From positions 744,001 through 808,000 of the forward strand of contig JAWMAR010000594.1 in the NCBI GenBank assembly GCA_036785375.1: DNA of 64,000 nucleotides. The letters run 5' to 3'. A program made the translations under genes and the position numbers. Every line of letters starts with the position of its first letter. Position 1 is the first letter of the stretch. The notes under the pieces were generated by a model that saw only the letters and a list, made by a program, of their open reading frames with translations, was not told where the DNA came from and searched no databases. This DNA is from Leucoraja ocellata. Its lineage: Eukaryota. Shown here one piece after another: positions 60,057 to 64,000 of this stretch.

Positions 60057-60320
60057 TGGGTAAACGATTTGAAAGTGGTGCTAGCAAGCGCAAGAGACTT
60101 GAAAATGATACGGTAAAGAATTTAAGACCAATCACTGCTTTCTTGGATCAGCCACTGACAGAGGCAGCAAGTGTCAGCAGTGAAGCAGATACATTGATAC
60201 CAAACACAAGGAAATCAGTGTGGTGGAGCTATCCAGCCAACTACTAGCATTCGACCTGAAGAAAACCTTCCTGAAACAGAAACAGCGAAGCAGGACGTGG
60301 AATAGCAAGCTGAATATGAA
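60057..60320 (+). pseudogene. hAT-type transposase N-terminal fragment
   Basis: MGKRFESGASKRKRLE...ITAFL start, typical of hAT/ZMYM1-like transposases; abuts the Tx1 element. Confidence 0.45.
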
Positions 60321-63300
60321 CCAGCAGAGACCCAGTGGTTCCTCTCACCCCAGAAGAAGTTGACCAATCTCCTCTGTAACATGGTTATAAAATAAGAGGA
60401 CGGGACCATAGTGGCCATCCGGTACCACAGCAGAGAGGCCACCAGCTGGTTTATAACTACAGCCCTGCCCCGGTAAGAGAGCAAACCAAGTAGGCCAGAC
60501 CAACGTCCCAGCCGGGCGACCACCTTCGCCTCCAGCTCCTGTCAGTTCGCCGGCCACCCCCCCTCATTGGGACTCAGGTAGACCCCCAGATATAGGAGGT
60601 GCGTGGTACTCCACGCAAAACCTGCCATCTCCTCCGGCAGGGAGTCCACCTGTCACCCACCCACCAAGAGACCATAACACTTCCCCGTTGATCTTGGCGG
60701 AGGAAGCAGCCGAGAAAACCTGCTGGCACTCACGCATCCTCCGCAGGTCAACAGGGTCGGTGAACATCAGAATTACATCATCGGCGTAGGCCGAGAGGAC
60801 CACCTCCATCCCCGGCCCTGGTAAAGCCAGGCCTGTCAACCACCTCCGGAGAAGGCACAGGAAAGGCTCAACACAGATGGAGTACAGCTGGCCAGACATG
60901 GGACATCCCTGACGAACCCCCCTCCCAAAGGGAATGGGGGCCAACAAAGAGCCGTTGTTAACAAGGCATTCTGCAGCAGTGTATAAAAGTCGGACCCAGG
61001 CCACAAAGTGTGGTCCAAATCCGAACGCCTGCAGAGTCCTCAGAAGGTAGTTGTGCTGCACCCTGTCGAACGCCTTCTCCTGGTCGAGGGAGAGAAAGGC
61101 GACTGACTGACCAGCCCCCTGGGTCAGATGGATCAGCTCCCGGACCAGATGAATATTGTCTTGGATGGACCGGCCCGGGACTGTGGTCGACTGGTCAGGG
61201 TGGATCACCTGGGACAGCACGGGGCCCAGGCGATTCGCCAATGCCCGTGCAAAAACTTTATAGTCCGTGCTTAGGAGAGAGACCGGGCGCCAGTTCTTCA
61301 AAAGGCGGAGATCGCCCTTCTTGGGCAGCAGGACAACAACTGCCCTGCGCCACGAGAAGGGCATCTCCCCAGTCGCCAGGCTCTCCTCCAGGACCTTCAT
61401 ATAGTCACTCCCCAGGACATCCCAGAAGGCTCTTGGGTACTCCACAGTCAGCCCATCCAGCCCTGGAGACTTGTCCCCCTTGAGCTGGTGCAGGGCACCA
61501 GTCAACTCCTCCAGAGTTAGGGGATCATCCAGGTGTTCAGCCACATCATTGCACACAGCAGGTAAGCCCTCCCACAGGACCTCTTGCGCCCTCCCACTCG
61601 ATGTGCCTGCCGAGAACAGAGTCTTGTAGAAAGACCGAACCGAGGCACCAATGCTCTCTGGATCTGTGACAGAGGAGCCATCATCCTCAATTGTATTGTA
61701 TTGTATTCAAATTTATTGTCATTGTCTCAATTTGAGACAACGAAATGAATTTCCCTTACAGGCAGTACCATATAAAAATCACAAAAAAATAATAAAAATA
61801 AATAATAAATAAATAATAAAACATATTAAAAATAAAATTGAAATTGAATTAAAAAATTTTAAAAAGCACAAACACAGAAAGTCCACGACACAACATAACA
61901 TAAATGGCACCAAGGTGAGGAAGGCACCATAGTCCAGCCAGCCTCCCAGCCTTCCGAGCACCCGCAGTCGCCGCCCCGGGTGGCCCGATGTTCAGGCCCT
62001 CACGCCGGGCTGGTGGAACGCCGACGCCGAACCCCGACGGTGAGCATCCTCCTCCTCAGCGGCCCGGACCTCCTGATCAGCCGCCTCCCGCTGCCGGAGT
62101 CTGCAGCTCCCGAGTCCACAGGCCGAGCTGGGCAGAGTCGCAGGACCCCGCGCTGTCCATCAGCGCCGCCCGCGTTGGGAGCTCCGCAAACCGCCGCTCC
62201 AGGATGTTGGTGCAGCAGGTCCAGCACTCCGGGCTCCAGACGGCGACCCCCGGTAAGGCATCGCCAGCCCCGCGATGTTTCAGCGCTGTCCTGCCGCTGC
62301 TGGAGCTCCAGTCGATCCCGGCAGGAAAGGCCGCGCCAATCCAGGTAGGTAGGCCGCTGTGGGGGGAGGGGGGGGGGAGCGAGGACGCGACTCGAATAAT
62401 AGTCGCGTCCTCACCAGGAAGCGGCTGAAGGACGGTATCCCCCGCACCGTGCCCTCTTCCCCCACATAAAAACACAAAAAAACACTTTAACATAACTAAA
62501 TAAACAAAAAAAAACAAAAAGATACCGGGCTGTAGGTGGAGGCTGCTGGCACCAGCGCCACCGGAAGTAACTCAACTCAACTCAACAAGCTGCCTGCGGG
62601 CTCCTCGCCCCTTCTCCAGAGAAAAAAAGGGGGAGGCGCAGTCCAGATCGTGCAACATCTGGACTCGCGACCTTACATACGCACCCCGGGACCACCTAAG
62701 CTGCAAGTCCCTCAGTGCTCCCTTCTTCTCCTGGTACTCCTCCCACACACACGAAGCCCCACCAGTCTGATCCAGACGTGCCTCCGAGTCGAGCAACTCT
62801 CTCTCAAGCCGTCCGATCTCAGAGTCTCGCCCCTTGGTCGACCCCCTCGCGTAGTCCTGGTAAAACAGACGGACGTAGGCCTTCCCCACGTCCCACCACT
62901 GCCTTAGGGAAAGGAAACGCCGCTGCCTTTCTCTCCACTTCGCCCAGAACTGCCTGAATGAATCCTGGAATCGGCGATCCTCCAACAGCTGGCTATTAAA
63001 ATGCCAGTACGCGGACCCAGCCCGTGTGTGCATCGGGATAAAATCCACTCGCACAAGGCAATGGTCCGAGCATGGTGCCGGCTGCATGGAGGCCGCCGAA
63101 ACACAGGAGACCTAGGCCTTGGACACGTATAAATGATCAATACGGGAACCACCACCCTCAAACCTGTACGAGAAGGCATTAAGAGTCGGGATGGAAATTC
63201 CGCCAAGCATCTACCAGCTCAAAAGAGTCCACCATCTCCCTTAAAGTATTTACTGCACCCGGGTCACGCTGAACGCCAGAGCGAACTCTTGTCTCGAGGG

Positions 63301-64000
63301 CACAATTAAAATCTCCCCAAAGGAAAACACACTCCCCACGGTTGATAGTATTCAACAACGTGGTCACTTCCCTTGTTAACCGCGTCTGCATTACGCCGAG
63401 CACGCCATCCAAGCGCACGGCCAGATACAGCAAATGGCCTGGTACATTGTCCTGCACTTTAAGGATCTCCGGCTGGAAAGATGGGGCCAACAGCAAGGCC
63501 ACTCCACTCGAATTGGAGCTGAGATGACTCATGTAGACCCCCCCTTCCCACTCCAGGAGCCAGGTGGGTTCATCACTAGCCACAGTGTCTGGAGAGCTCA
63601 CCGCATACCTCCCGTCCCTGAGCACTGAGAGATGGTGAAACCTACGGAGAGACCCCCTGCCCCCATTGATATTCAGGCTGGCTATAGTGAGCTTCATTTT
63701 GAAAGTACACTAGATCTTTTACCCAACCCCGGTGAAGGATTGGAGCCGCCCCTAACCTTCTGCCCTCTCTTTGGGGCCTTAAAAAGCTCTTGGAACTGGC
63801 GCCTCTCATTTCTTATTAGCCCCGCCTCAATCCCCTTCTTCTGAAAGATGGCATGAATGGACTGCATGGGCGCACTCAGATCCGACCAGCGGTCGACAGC
63901 CAAATCCACCTTGTTCCTACTCCCTCTAGTCCTTTAAGAACTTCCGAAGTTCCCAGACTTCGACAAGTCGAGACACGGGGCCGCGGGTGGAGCAGTCCGT
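60320..64000 (-). mobile_element. Tx1-clade non-LTR retrotransposon (ORF1 end, ORF2 endonuclease + RT), decayed and 3'-truncated
   Basis: LTIASLNING, GDFNC, SDH, YWHFNSQLL, WWDVGK; KSPGLDGL..E, NWRPVSLL..DYK, LDQEKAFDRV, GVRQGCPMS, AYADD. Confidence 0.92.
61691..62570 (-). mobile_element. GC-rich SINE-like retroposon with Rex1-type 3' end and (TACAA)n tail, inserted in Tx1 ORF2
   Basis: Tail ttcgttgtctc...gacaatgacaataaa..(aatac)n; flanked by ctcaa on both sides. Confidence 0.7.

Overview
Eukaryotic, transposon-saturated DNA from a vertebrate. It is most likely a cartilaginous fish (skate/ray-like), inferred from HE1/V-SINE-type, CR1, Rex1-tailed, L2-tailed and Penelope-derived repeats. I could not identify an intact host gene. 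The window holds five DIRS1-type tyrosine-recombinase retrotransposons: one fully intact copy (A, 41959-47060: gag, RT-RNaseH-methyltransferase-like pol, YR, ITRs and ICR), one full-length decayed copy (B), and three truncated copies (C, D, E). It also holds CR1, Tx1, L1, Rex1-like, Gypsy, BEL/Pao, Tc1, hAT, Harbinger and Helitron-like pieces, many of them nested. Comparing the divergent DIRS copies suggests a conserved gene-expression scheme. An HIV-like U_UUU_UUA heptamer in gag could shift ribosomes -1 into pol. A phase-0 splice donor at the start of pol and a phase-0 acceptor at its end could excise RT/RH/MT and fuse the transframe segment to the recombinase. Other notable signals are a NOLC1/Nopp140-like segment embedded in a BEL/Pao gag and a FAM110-like C-terminal fragment next to a Helitron-like repeat. 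All family assignments are from motif recognition by eye; no database searches were run.
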